From contig JAJDBZ010000050.1 of NCBI GenBank assembly GCA_029261095.1, positions 1-42,849 of the forward strand: a DNA stretch of 42,849 nucleotides, written 5' to 3'. Positions 8,768 to 19,200 of the stretch are shown in pieces; positions within the stretch are counted from its first letter, which is position 1, and the number at the start of each line of letters is the position of its first letter. The notes beneath the pieces are model-generated. The model was not told the origin of the DNA and did no database searches. It saw only the letters and a program-made list of their open reading frames with translations. The DNA is from Candidatus Omnitrophota bacterium (GTDB lineage Bacteria > Hinthialibacterota > Hinthialibacteria > OLB16). A program made the translations under genes and the position numbers.

Positions 8768-9026
8768 AATGGGCCTCCTGGAACAACGTTTTTTACATTT
8801 TTTTGTATCCCTTTCTGGGATCGTGTTTGAAGTTTTGAAGTCTTACCGATTTCAAGTTTCCCTTTCGGGTTTGTTTTCTATCGGCTGGCTTCGATTGAGT
8901 AACGATGGGGGGTGGGATGATTTGCGGGTTGAAATGAAAAAAGTTTCGCGCCGAAAAAACGCAGATCTGCAATGAGCCACCATCCCGCATCAGTAGCGGG
9001 CGGATTCTGTTGGAATAGAGACGGAT

Positions 9027-9797
9027 TTATCCTTCGATGACTAAATTTACCGCTTCCTCCACATCCATCCCCACATCCAAACCTTTGGCTCGAAATGTCT
9101 TGCCTAGTTGGGCGTTGCCTAATCCCTCGACCTGATCATCGAAACCGGTACATACCCAAATGGGTTTTCCTTCATTCGCAGCGGCTTCGGCGGTCCTCCA
9201 GGTTCCGCCATCCGGGTTGGCTTCGACCACGATGAGCACATCGCACCAATTTGCGATCCAACGGTTTCGGCGCATCGCTTCGCCCACATTCCAGTTTTCC
9301 CAAGGGGATGTTCCTGATATGACCAAGAGAGGGGATACCGAACCGCTGTGAAGTTCGGGAAAATGTTGTTTGTTACGTCGGAGGAATCGAAGAATTCCTT
9401 CTGGGATCGCGGCGATGGTTGAGGCGCCGGTTGAAAGCGATCCCTGGTGAGCGGCGCGATCGATCCCGCGGGCCATGCCGGATAAAGTCGGGACACCTTT
9501 TCTCCCCAAGGCTTCCGCGAGGTCGTGGGTGAATTGCAGGCCTGGGTCGGTTGGGTCACGGCGGCCGACAATCCCGACAACCTTTGTGGCTTCGAGCGCC
9601 GATGTGTCTCCCAAAAGTGTCAGGAACTTCCATTCCGGCCCTTGTCCCAACCGCGGTAATCGAGCGAGGTGGTGGGCGCGGAAAAAGACTTCGACCTCGG
9701 TCGATTCGAAGACCGCTTGAGTTTCTTCGATCTCCTCATCCGAGGATTCGGGTGGAAGTATCGCCCTCGCGATTTCTCTCGGGTTAGGATCGTCCAT
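9027..9797 (-). CDS. dprA: DprA/Smf-like Rossmann-fold protein (short form, core domain only)
   Basis: The core DprA pattern is present: GIVGRRDP...LSGMARGIDRAAHQGSL...RRNRWIANWCDVLIVVEANPDGGTWRTAEAAANEGKPIWV. I chose the ATG at 9797 (MDDPNP...) because the longer ORF to 10016 would overlap the glnD 3' end. The start lies 8 nt after the glnD stop codon. Confidence 0.7.
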   Translation of the reverse strand: MDDPNPREIARAILPPESSDEEIEETQAVFESTEVEVFFRAHHLARLPRLGQGPEWKFLTLLGDTSALEATKVVGIVGRRDPTDPGLQFTHDLAEALGRKGVPTLSGMARGIDRAAHQGSLSTGASTIAAIPEGILRFLRRNKQHFPELHSGSVSPLLVISGTSPWENWNVGEAMRRNRWIANWCDVLIVVEANPDGGTWRTAEAAANEGKPIWVCTGFDDQVEGLGNAQLGKTFRAKGLDVGMDVEEAVNLVIEG

Positions 9798-9805
9798 TCC
9801 GAAGT

Positions 9806-12682
9806 TCAGCTCTCCGCTTCGATCGCTTTCACGATGGAGGCCTTGAGCCAGTTGATTTTCTGGGGGTCTTCGAATTTCCGACGATTCTCGTTGAGGACAT
9901 AAAAGGTGTCGAACACGCGCTGCTCTTCGGTGTGAATCCGAGCGAACCGGATGTCCAGGCCATACTTCGCAAGCACCGAGGTGATCTGCACCAGAAGTCC
10001 GACAGAGTCCGCACAACGGACTTCGATCAATGTGAACTGTGGCGAAACTTTATTGTACACCTCGACCATCGGTTCGAACCTGAACCGCCCCGTCTCTTGG
10101 GATTTCAGCATCTGCGGATTCCAGGATTCATTCCATTCATCCTGGAGGGAGGCGACCGTTCGTTCGATGATTTTGTCGCGTATCTCCTGACGCAGGGAGG
10201 CGCCTTCCTGGTGCATGACATGAAGGGTGTTGATCGCATCGCCATCGTCGCGAATGAAGATTCGCGCATCCGCGATGCTAAGGTTCAAACTCGAAAGTGC
10301 ACGCGCCGTGCGCATGAAGTTTCCGATTCGCGAGGGTTGAATGGTCACCACTTCGATGATGTTCATCATCGATTGGTTGCATCCGACAATGGGTTTCTCG
10401 CGTGTGTATTTACGGAGCAGTCGGAGATGGAAGTGAACCTGCGCAGGTTCCATCTGATCGATGTAGTTGGAGGGCATCCGGCTGATGAACCGCTCGGCAT
10501 CGCTTTCGGACAGATCGCGAGGCAGAGTCGCCAAAAGCTGGGTTACTGATTCTCTTCGTTGGCGTTCGATACTCAATTCCGCGGAAACTCGATCATCGAT
10601 GACACTTCGGACACTGCGGTAGAACTGATGCAACATGGTCAATTTCCATTCGGTCAGCAGATCGGTGTTCACCGCCCAGATATCGGCTAAGGTCAGCAGG
10701 TAGAGGTAATCCAATCTCTCCAATGAGTTACACCACATCGCGAAATCGTCGATGGTCTTGTAGTCCTGGGTGTCGAAACGGAAAGCGATTTTGGCAAACT
10801 CCAGGTGTTTCTCGACCAGGAAAATTACCAGCTCGGTCTCGGGGACATTCATGTTCAGTCGCTTACATACCTCGCAGGCGATCTCTGCGCCTTTAATATG
10901 GTGATCGCCACCCCGGCCTTTCCCAATGTCGTGGAGAAAGGTCGCCAGGTAAAGGAGCGCGGGTTTCTCGATCCTTCTGAACAGCGCCTGGATTTCTTCG
11001 AGAATGGTCGCGGCCTGGGTGCTGTAAATCGGGAGCGTGAGGGTATCGTCGAATTCAGCGGGAGGTTCCTCCCCTTTACCGATAATCTTCGTCGATTCTT
11101 TTCCCCACCAACGCCATTTGCGCATCGCTGCGGGAAACCTGCTCTGAATTTCGCTGTGTTTCAGACAGGGGCTTTCCGGTTCCTGAATCTCAGCGAGTCC
11201 ATCGAGTATCTCGGTGGTGATCAATGAGTGTTCATCGACAGTGTACCGATGGTACAAGTCACGCCTGGGCAAGAATCGAATTACTTTGAATTCTGGGATA
11301 AAAGCGTCCATGAACCAAGTCTCGTAAAAGGTGCGAAAGAGAGGGCCAACTCGACCCCTCTTGGCCATGAGTTCGAGAATGGTTTCCCCGATATCTTTCC
11401 GGGAAGAGAACTCCGAGGGTCTCGCGGTGCTCAAGTGTTGGCTCAATTCGGTCAGGAGGTCCCCATCCAGCGAACAGGCAGTTCTTTGTACAATTTCAAA
11501 TATCTGGATGATTCGATGAGGGTGGTTGATGAAAAACGTTTCGGGGTTGTTCACCCTAAGAATTCCCCCGCGAAGGATAAACCCATCGCCCATCTTTTTG
11601 GATTGAATGCGTTCTTGGAGTCTCTTGGGTGGGGAAGGTTTCAAACAGCGATTGGTCATTCGATCCGCGAACTGCTGGATTCGATAGGCGGCCGAATAAT
11701 AATCCCGCATCAGACTCTCTTCTGCGAGGTTGACCCCCTCATCCCGATACCCGAACGATTTAGCCACCTGCTCCTGAACTTCGAAACTCAGTTTATTGGA
11801 GGGAGTTTTTAAAGTCAGGTGAAGTTCGTTTCGAATACGAAGAATGAAATCGACCGCAGTATGGAGTTCGCTGTAAAAGGGTTCGCGAATGAGTCCGCGT
11901 CTGCGAATCCCGGCCAGTGAGGGAATGCCATGCATAGCGATAGCCAACCAAAGACCGTGGTGAAGATCGCGCAATCCCCCCGGCCCTTCTTTAAGATTCG
12001 GTTCCTGGAGAAGGACTGTGTCTCCGTATCGATGGTAACGAACCTGACGTTCGTGTTCTTTTTGACGGATGAAATGCTGGGTCCCGCGACGGACCAGCCA
12101 GTTCCGGTACTTCCGATGGAAATGGTCGAAGATCTGTCGATTTCCCGCGAGGAGACGGTTCTCCAAAAGGGCGGTACGAGTATCTGTGTCCTCCATCGCC
12201 GCCCGGAGGCAGTCATTGTAAGTCCTTGCGGCATGACCGATTTCGAGACCGGTGTCCCACAAGGTCTGCAGTGTGAGTTTGATGATCTCGGTCTCGACAC
12301 GGGTGAGAGTCGACTTATGGAGAAACAACAGGTCGACATCCGATTGGGGGTGAAGGTGTGCGCGGCCATATCCCCCGATGGCAATGAGAGAGACACGCGG
12401 GGGTTTTGCGGAGAGGTCTTCTCCAGTCCGTTCGGTGGCGATCCTCTGAGCGTTCTGCCAAGCCCGTACCACAATCTGGTCCATGAGCGCAGTCATCTCT
12501 TCCACCACCTGAAGACCGCCGACTCCGGCGCGTTGTCGGATGTTGACTTTCTTCAGACCTTCTTTATGGAGATCGCGCAATTCATAAACAAAGGGATCCA
12601 AACCGGGAAGGAGCTTAGTGGTTGTGGCGGTCACAATTGATTCGGTTCTCCTACAATCCTTAGCGGTTTCCCTTCGGGACAC
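9806..12682 (-). CDS. glnD: [protein-PII] uridylyltransferase/uridylyl-removing enzyme GlnD
   Basis: It has a nucleotidyltransferase motif (GGYGRAHLHPQSDVDLLFLH), an HD domain (FLHDIGKGRGGDHH) and two C-terminal ACT-like segments. The size is typical for GlnD. The start is ambiguous: GTG at 12682, or GTG at 12634, which overlaps the upstream stop as GTGA. Confidence 0.88.
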   Translation of the reverse strand: MSRRETAKDCRRTESIVTATTTKLLPGLDPFVYELRDLHKEGLKKVNIRQRAGVGGLQVVEEMTALMDQIVVRAWQNAQRIATERTGEDLSAKPPRVSLIAIGGYGRAHLHPQSDVDLLFLHKSTLTRVETEIIKLTLQTLWDTGLEIGHAARTYNDCLRAAMEDTDTRTALLENRLLAGNRQIFDHFHRKYRNWLVRRGTQHFIRQKEHERQVRYHRYGDTVLLQEPNLKEGPGGLRDLHHGLWLAIAMHGIPSLAGIRRRGLIREPFYSELHTAVDFILRIRNELHLTLKTPSNKLSFEVQEQVAKSFGYRDEGVNLAEESLMRDYYSAAYRIQQFADRMTNRCLKPSPPKRLQERIQSKKMGDGFILRGGILRVNNPETFFINHPHRIIQIFEIVQRTACSLDGDLLTELSQHLSTARPSEFSSRKDIGETILELMAKRGRVGPLFRTFYETWFMDAFIPEFKVIRFLPRRDLYHRYTVDEHSLITTEILDGLAEIQEPESPCLKHSEIQSRFPAAMRKWRWWGKESTKIIGKGEEPPAEFDDTLTLPIYSTQAATILEEIQALFRRIEKPALLYLATFLHDIGKGRGGDHHIKGAEIACEVCKRLNMNVPETELVIFLVEKHLEFAKIAFRFDTQDYKTIDDFAMWCNSLERLDYLYLLTLADIWAVNTDLLTEWKLTMLHQFYRSVRSVIDDRVSAELSIERQRRESVTQLLATLPRDLSESDAERFISRMPSNYIDQMEPAQVHFHLRLLRKYTREKPIVGCNQSMMNIIEVVTIQPSRIGNFMRTARALSSLNLSIADARIFIRDDGDAINTLHVMHQEGASLRQEIRDKIIERTVASLQDEWNESWNPQMLKSQETGRFRFEPMVEVYNKVSPQFTLIEVRCADSVGLLVQITSVLAKYGLDIRFARIHTEEQRVFDTFYVLNENRRKFEDPQKINWLKASIVKAIEAES

Positions 12683-14925
12683 TGAAAGTCGACTCCCAGT
12701 GTCTCGAGAATGGTGGGCGCCAGATCGATGATACTTGGAGATGCATCCCCCACCTTCCGGTTACTGTACAGAATTCCAGGGGTCAGCGTCGGGTCGACGC
12801 CACAATGGTCGCCGCTCCATTTTTCCATGTTATCGCTGATCACTTCGGGTGAAATCCCTCCCAGAGTCGATTGCCATCCGACCCGATAGCCTTCTTCAAA
12901 TCCAACCATCAAGTCGGGAAAGGTGACTTTATCCGGGTCGGCGAAGGGTCCCTCATACGTTTCGGTTCCGAAATAAACCCGGCGGACCACTTCCTCGCCT
13001 GTGTTTGGGTCTCGGTAAGATTCTAAACCACGAGCGATTTCTTCACAAACCGCCCGATAATCGGCCTTGCTGACATACCCAGTGGTCTCTCTCTCCTTCA
13101 AGTTCACATAGATAGTGGCAAGCCCGAGGGCGAAGGCCTGAGTTTTCTTCCATTCGACATAATACTCCGACCGGGTAACCTCATCGATGGGATCGTAAAC
13201 TTCTGTTTTGAAGAAATCCGATTTTCCGCTAAAGAGATCGTCGAGGTTGTATTTCCTGGTGACTTTGCCAGTCAGCTCCATAAAGGGGTTGGATTTGTTG
13301 CCTCCCGGACCATGGGTGGAAAGCCAGGTGTTCAGATTGACCGCCTTTCGAAAGGACCGGAAACCATGATCCGAGATGACAAAGAGGTCTGTGTTGGCCT
13401 CATCGATTCTTGTCTGTATCTCCCCGACAATCTCGTCCATCTTCTCATAGGTCTTTTGGATGGAGTCGCCATATTGTTCAGCGAGGTCCGCGTCATACAT
13501 CGGGTGCTTTGGATCGATGAGCCTCCACATCATGTGGCTCACACGGTCGGTCGATGAAAAGACGGCGACATAAAGTCCCCAGTCATCCTGTTCGAGGACA
13601 TCGATCGCCATCTCTTTTCTCTTTTCCATGATCTCGAAGATGTCTTCCATGAAGGCCTTTTCATCGAGAAAACCTTCCTTGAGGGCCGCCGAATCGGCTG
13701 CCCATCCCCTCGTTTTGAATAGGCCGATCCGTTCGGCGAGCTTGGCGGTGGCATTCCCCGGATGACAGATTGCCAGCGGGGGTTTCTCGGGACTGATTTC
13801 GATGGGGGAGACATACAGACGAACATGCGGGCTGACCGATTCCAACCTGACTTTGCAGATACCATGTGCCGATATGAAAGGGGTGACTTCGAACTTGACT
13901 CGGTACCAGTCGCTCCACTTCCCCACCTCGACATGATGGGTTTCTTCGTCGATTCGAACCTCTGCTCCATTCTCCGCTTCCGACTTCTTCAACGAGAGGG
14001 GCATGGTCAGACGAGTGGGCGTATCGATTTCTGCCTCAAGTTTCTCGTACTCGGCTCGGTTGTTTCTGTTGGAGAGGTCTTTCCGGAGCTCTTCGATGCG
14101 GATTCTCTTAACCGCTAGATCCTGTTTCCAAACGGGCGACAATGGTCCGACCAGCTCCCCCTCCAACCGCCCGCCTTTAGCCGCTTTAAGTTCGGTCACC
14201 GCGCCACCGAACTCAGTCCGATTAAACTCGGAAAGAGTCCTTGGGTCGTCAGTCAGATAAAAGTAAGTGGCTTGTGTTCCGCAAAGGTCGGGAACCCCGA
14301 GTCCCGAGATCGCGAGACCATTGGGAAGTTTGGGAGGTGAGAAGGTGCAGGGCACCAGAACAAGTGCGGTTTTGATCCCCTGCTCCGCAGCCAAATCCCA
14401 GAATGCCGTCCCACCTCGTTTGTTGATGACTTTCGGGGGTTTGACCGGGATGCCTTTCCAAAAATACGGGTCTTCCTTTCCCACAAACGATTCTGGGCTG
14501 GGAATATAGGTCGGATCCTCGGGGGTCCGTGTGAGGAAATCGTAGACTCCGTGGTGTCCAGGATTGCCGCCCACCGCAAAGGAACTCCAGGAGACCGGGG
14601 ACATCGAGGGAATGGTCGTACCGAGTTCGTGAAAGGTACCGGTTTCGGCCAGCCTTGATAGGTTGGGAAGGAGACCCTTTTCCATGTATTCGCGGCACAA
14701 GCGCGGATCGACTCCATCGAATCCAAGCACCACGACTTTCCTTGGAGGATCGACAACCGGGACACGAGTCGCTTGCAGGTAGATCGCTCCACCGATAAAG
14801 GCGATGGCGAAGAGATAGGCGATTGCGATTCGGAGTTTCTTGCGAAAGGGTATCTTTCCCTGGGGGGCCTGTTTCTTCGGTTTATTCATGCGGCGCATTC
14901 TAGAGGGGAGGGTTCTAGGGGACAA
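12631..14925 (-). CDS. alkaline-phosphatase-superfamily protein (type I phosphodiesterase/nucleotide pyrophosphatase-like), N-terminally membrane-anchored
   Basis: VVLGFDGVDP...TIPSMSPVSWSSFAVGGNPGHHGVYDF and ...SDHGF... are characteristic of the AP/NPP superfamily. A basic N-terminus is followed by a TM helix (IAIAYLFAIAFIGGAIYL). The start is uncertain: TTG 14925, ATG 14898 or ATG 14889. Confidence 0.75.
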   Translation of the reverse strand: MSPRTLPSRMRRMNKPKKQAPQGKIPFRKKLRIAIAYLFAIAFIGGAIYLQATRVPVVDPPRKVVVLGFDGVDPRLCREYMEKGLLPNLSRLAETGTFHELGTTIPSMSPVSWSSFAVGGNPGHHGVYDFLTRTPEDPTYIPSPESFVGKEDPYFWKGIPVKPPKVINKRGGTAFWDLAAEQGIKTALVLVPCTFSPPKLPNGLAISGLGVPDLCGTQATYFYLTDDPRTLSEFNRTEFGGAVTELKAAKGGRLEGELVGPLSPVWKQDLAVKRIRIEELRKDLSNRNNRAEYEKLEAEIDTPTRLTMPLSLKKSEAENGAEVRIDEETHHVEVGKWSDWYRVKFEVTPFISAHGICKVRLESVSPHVRLYVSPIEISPEKPPLAICHPGNATAKLAERIGLFKTRGWAADSAALKEGFLDEKAFMEDIFEIMEKRKEMAIDVLEQDDWGLYVAVFSSTDRVSHMMWRLIDPKHPMYDADLAEQYGDSIQKTYEKMDEIVGEIQTRIDEANTDLFVISDHGFRSFRKAVNLNTWLSTHGPGGNKSNPFMELTGKVTRKYNLDDLFSGKSDFFKTEVYDPIDEVTRSEYYVEWKKTQAFALGLATIYVNLKERETTGYVSKADYRAVCEEIARGLESYRDPNTGEEVVRRVYFGTETYEGPFADPDKVTFPDLMVGFEEGYRVGWQSTLGGISPEVISDNMEKWSGDHCGVDPTLTPGILYSNRKVGDASPSIIDLAPTILETLGVDFQCPEGKPLRIVGEPNQL

Positions 14926-15113
14926 GGGAGACTTGGCGTTGGGTTTGTAGAATCACGAAAAACGCGGAAGAGGCCGAATGACACGAAGGACGGAAATCGA
15001 AGATTTTTGTAGCGGTTCTTCCGCGACTTTCCGGCTGCCTCCGTGCTCTTCCGTGATTCAATGGTTTTTTTTACTCTTCCCAACCACCGCAGATTACGGG
15101 TCAGGAGAAGATT

Positions 15114-16214
15114 GTGAAACTAGCCGAACGTATCAGCCGGATCGATTCCTCGGGCATCCGAAAAGTCTTTGCACTCGCGGCCAATATGGAGAACCCCTGC
15201 AACCTCTCCATCGGCCAGCCCCACTTCGATCTCCCCGATCCAATAAAAGAAGTAGGAATCGAGGCGATCAAAGCAGGCCACAATCGGTACACACAAACCG
15301 GGGGTAACTCGAGTCTGAAGGATAGGGTTCGCGCAAAACTTTCCACCAAGAAAACCATAGACAAGGATGGGGTCCTGGTCACCTCGGGAACCTCAGGCGG
15401 CATCCTGCTTTCGTTCATGGCATTGTTCGACCCGGGAGATGAGGTGCTTTGTCCCGAACCTTATTTTGTGATGTATAAACATCTCCTGAATCTCATTGGG
15501 GTCAAACCAGTGTATGTGGATCTCTATCCGGATTTTCGGATGACTCGCGAACGGCTGGAACCGATGATCACTGAAAAGACCAAAGGGATTCTTCTGAACA
15601 GTCCCGCGAACCCGACCGGGATCGTGGCCAGCCGTGAGGATTTGGCGGGTGTGACCGCCCTCGCCCGAGAAAAAGACCTCCTTGTCATCTCGGATGAGAT
15701 CTACGATCTCTTTGTCTATGGCGATCCCTTTCTTTCGATTGGCGATCTCTATGAGAACTGTCTGATTTTGGGCGGGTTTTCGAAAACCTACAGCATGACC
15801 GGGTGGCGTCTCGGTTATGCGGTCGGACCTGCGGATGTCATCAAGGCGATGGAAGAGCTCCAGCAGTACACCTTTGTCTGCGCGCCCAGTGTCGGGCAGG
15901 CGATGGCGGAAGCGGCCCTCGATTTCGACATGACTCCCTACCGTGACGAATATGCCAAGAAACGTGATCTCATCTACGAGGGACTTAAAAACGTTGTCGA
16001 AGTCGAGAAACCGGGGGGGGCTTTCTACATTTTTCCAAAGGCTCCCAATAACGATGGTGATGCCTTCGTGGCCGAGGCCATCAAGAACGACCTCCTGATC
16101 GTCCCGGGCAGTGTCTTCTCCGAGAAGAAGACCCACTTCCGAATTTCGTTCGCGGCTGAGGAAGCGACGATCAAGCGGGGGTTGGAGATTTTGAAGAGGT
16201 TGGCGGGTGGGTGA
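15114..16214 (+). CDS. pyridoxal-phosphate-dependent aminotransferase, class I (aspartate/aromatic type)
   Basis: GTG start with AGGAGAAG upstream. Motifs N(S)PANPTG and GFSKTYSMTGWRLGY (PLP-lysine motif) are present, and 366 aa is a typical length. Confidence 0.88.
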   Translation: MKLAERISRIDSSGIRKVFALAANMENPCNLSIGQPHFDLPDPIKEVGIEAIKAGHNRYTQTGGNSSLKDRVRAKLSTKKTIDKDGVLVTSGTSGGILLSFMALFDPGDEVLCPEPYFVMYKHLLNLIGVKPVYVDLYPDFRMTRERLEPMITEKTKGILLNSPANPTGIVASREDLAGVTALAREKDLLVISDEIYDLFVYGDPFLSIGDLYENCLILGGFSKTYSMTGWRLGYAVGPADVIKAMEELQQYTFVCAPSVGQAMAEAALDFDMTPYRDEYAKKRDLIYEGLKNVVEVEKPGGAFYIFPKAPNNDGDAFVAEAIKNDLLIVPGSVFSEKKTHFRISFAAEEATIKRGLEILKRLAGG

Positions 16215-16248
16215 GGAACAAGGGCCAATTCTTAGTTTGGACCACCGT

Positions 16249-19200
16249 TTAGGGGAACACCTCACCCTCCACCTCACTCCACAGCCCATAATGGGTTTCG
16301 AATCGGGTCTTCACCGAGAGTTTCGTTCCACCTTTCTCGAACCCATCTCCAACAACGATCTCGGTCGACGCTTCCGGCGCCAGATCCTCGACCATTCCCT
16401 CATCTCTTAATACCGGCCCCTCATAAATCAGGTACGAAATCTTCCGGAGTGTGAAGGGGCGCTTGTTGGTTAATTGGATGGCGCCGTCGGTGAGGTAATC
16501 GTCGATTTCGAGATCGGCGAACGCCTCTTTGAAAGCTCTCTCCAAAGTCGGGTTGGTCCACGCCGTGTTGTCATCGGTGATGACCCCGGGGTGACGGTCG
16601 ATGTTCTCGCGAAGTTGATAAAAGAAACCGCCGGGATGTTCGGGAGAAAGTTCCGCAGCGAACATCTCATTGATGGCTCGGGCCCCCTCGGTGTACACGG
16701 GACCATACCAGTTATTGTACTCGCAATAGATGACGGGCAGGTTGGCTTTCGCGCCGAAATCCTGGCTGGCGTGGATGAGTTTCTTCAGCTCCTCGAGCGG
16801 TGTGTAAGGGCGATAGTAATAGTTGATGCCCATCACATCTTGGCCGATGAAACGATCCTGCCCTGTGAGGTTGGCATAGACCACCGGGCGACGGTACGGG
16901 TCCATCGCTTTGTAGTGCGGGTAGAACATCGCGAGGAGATCGTCGGTCTCTCCGGTCACCTCGTTGAAATTGTTCCACAACCACATCGCGGGTTTGTTGA
17001 CATAGTGGGGGATGAACCTTCGGGTGATCTCCCGCATCCGTTTCATCGGGTGGGGAGCATGGCGTTCCTTGAGGACATCGGTGCTGGTGACGCTAAACGG
17101 AGCCAGGACCATCCAGCCCATGTTCTCTTCTTGCGCGACATCGAGTTCCCAGGGGGGTGGATAATCGCCGCGAATCATGTTGAACCCCATCCGCTTCAGA
17201 ACTCGCATCAGAAGCCGTGTCCGCTCCGGACTCTGCCCAATCAATCCATGTCCATTGACACCTTTCACATAAAAAGGTTCGCCGTTGAGATAGAGTTTGC
17301 CTTCGCGGGTCTCCCAGACAGGGGCGATGACTCTTCGCTCAATGGCCGGTTTTCCTTTCTCTTGAACTTGAAGGATGTACCATCCCAGTCCCGGTTCAAG
17401 TTCTAATTCAAGGGTGGGCTCTTTTCCGATATCCCACTCGACAGTTTCCCGTAGCGCTCCATCCGCATAGGCGGTGACCTTCACAGGCGTTGTCGGTGCT
17501 GTTGACCCCGCCTGAACACTGAGACTGATCGGTACAACAAACCCATTGTCTCTCCGAAGGATGTGATTCGCTTTATCGACATCGACCCGGAAAGGTTCGG
17601 AAAGATCGATGCGGGTTTCCGCGTGCGAAACAAAACCTTCGGGAAGATGGATGGCAAACTGGGCGAGCAGCTCGCCAGCGATGGATGGAGATCCGGCATC
17701 GAAACTGATCTTGGTCTCGCGTTGGGGTTGAAGGGTCGCTTCGGTCAGTCCGCCCGAGGATTGAAAACCGCCCGGTGTATCGAGGCTCATTCGAATCCGG
17801 GATTTGATTTCCTCTTCCCCATAATTCACCAGAGTCGTCAAACACGCGAGCGCTCCGCCGAGCGGGGTTGGGATCATTCGGATGTCCGTGATCTCGATGG
17901 GGTGAGGTGTCACATACAACCTACCGATTTCATACCGCTGACCGTAGGCTCTCGGTTGATCCGGTTTCTCGTTGTCGAGCCAGAGAAAGTTTCCAGACTC
18001 ATCCCAAAGCGAAAGATAGAGACGGTGGCGCCCCTCCCGAATGGCGGGTCTGTGGATGGGCTCCGTGCTTCCGGGTGGGAACTCGTGGGGAACCTGGAAA
18101 TCGAAAGTTGTCGATGCTTTCCCATTCTTCCAATCGCCCGCTGCTATTCTGGAATCGGCTCGGATCGGCGTTTCAATTCGAAGATCGTCGGTGATCTCGA
18201 GGCGCGCGGTCAGTGTCTCCGACTTACGGATACCCAAAGACTCCCATGGGACGGTCATCGAGTAAGTTGCCCCCATGATGAGATTCAGCGCGGGAAGATC
18301 GACATCCCCGAAACGATAGTCGGTCAGATGAATCGACGGGTCGAGGCACTCTTCCACATAATCGAGGGTCCGATCGACCAGGGTGAACTCGGCTTCGGCA
18401 AGATTGCTTTGAGCATAGTCAAGTAGACTCAGCGCGGCGGTCGCCTCTAGCGCCGTATCGCTCCCTTTGTCTTCTTCGTTCTCGTAACTCTTTTCGGCAC
18501 GTACTCTCAGTTCCTCAAATCTCTGTTTATACTGGTCATCCGTTCGATACGCGAAAAACCGAGTGACCTCGGAAAGGGTTTTTTCCCCGTTCCCTTTCGC
18601 CTCCACCAACCGGAGTGTCAGTTTCACCTCGCCTGGTTCGCGGGGCAATTGTTCGAGGGCGCGAGTGAATTCAGAGGCGGTATCTCCCAAGGACACCTCG
18701 CCATTCTCTAGATCTTCCAGAACAAAAACATATCCTTGGTTCGCTTCTTCATGGCGAAACTCCCCGCGAATTGTCAGGCCCTCGGTTCCCCGGTCACGCA
18801 CATTTAGGAACGAGCGAAACTCGGGAACATTTTCGTCGTTCGAACCCGAGTCCACAAATAGAATGCTCCGGGAGATCGACAGATCGAGAAGGGGCGGTTC
18901 GACCGGAATCTCATTCTCGGAGATCGAGAAATAGGCGAGATGGACCTTCCCGCTCCAAGCCTTGATACCGACTCGGCCTTGCTTGGGGTTTGGGTGGTCG
19001 AGTTCGATGGGCCAACCCTCCGGTTCGGGAGCGACTGCCGACCAATACTTCGCCCGGATTTTCCCCTCGCCAATTCTCACCTTCTGCCACATCCATCCGG
19101 ATCGATTCCAGGTATCATCGTGGGTCAGACCGAGGTGAATTTTTTCCGCCATCGGTTCGGCGTCCATTCCCGCTTTTTGGTACTTGATCTGGAAACCCTT

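Noticed and set aside
8826-8843. The motif TTTGAAGTTTTG(N)GAAGTC is shared between the promoter regions of the Tyr-rich peptide gene (8826-8843, where it is a tandem TTTGAAGT x2) and the AbrB-PIN pair (24487-24505)
   Set aside because: A shared 12-mer is expected many times by chance in a 43-kb window counted on both strands. The positions relative to the two start codons differ, so it is not enough for a common regulator claim.
9798-10016. N-terminal extension of the DprA-like ORF (the track start at 10016)
   Set aside because: It would overlap the glnD 3' end by more than 200 nt and encodes Cys/Arg-rich sequence. The internal ATG at 9797 follows the glnD stop and starts plausible sequence.
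15393-16289. 298-aa ORF antisense to the aminotransferase
   Set aside because: It is a shadow ORF. The plus-strand frame carries clear PLP-aminotransferase motifs and a good RBS.
16474-18426. 310-aa and 287-aa plus-strand ORFs antisense to the 1123-aa gene
   Set aside because: They are shadow ORFs with no motifs. The minus frame is uninterrupted for 3.4 kb and has a signal peptide and glycosidase motifs.
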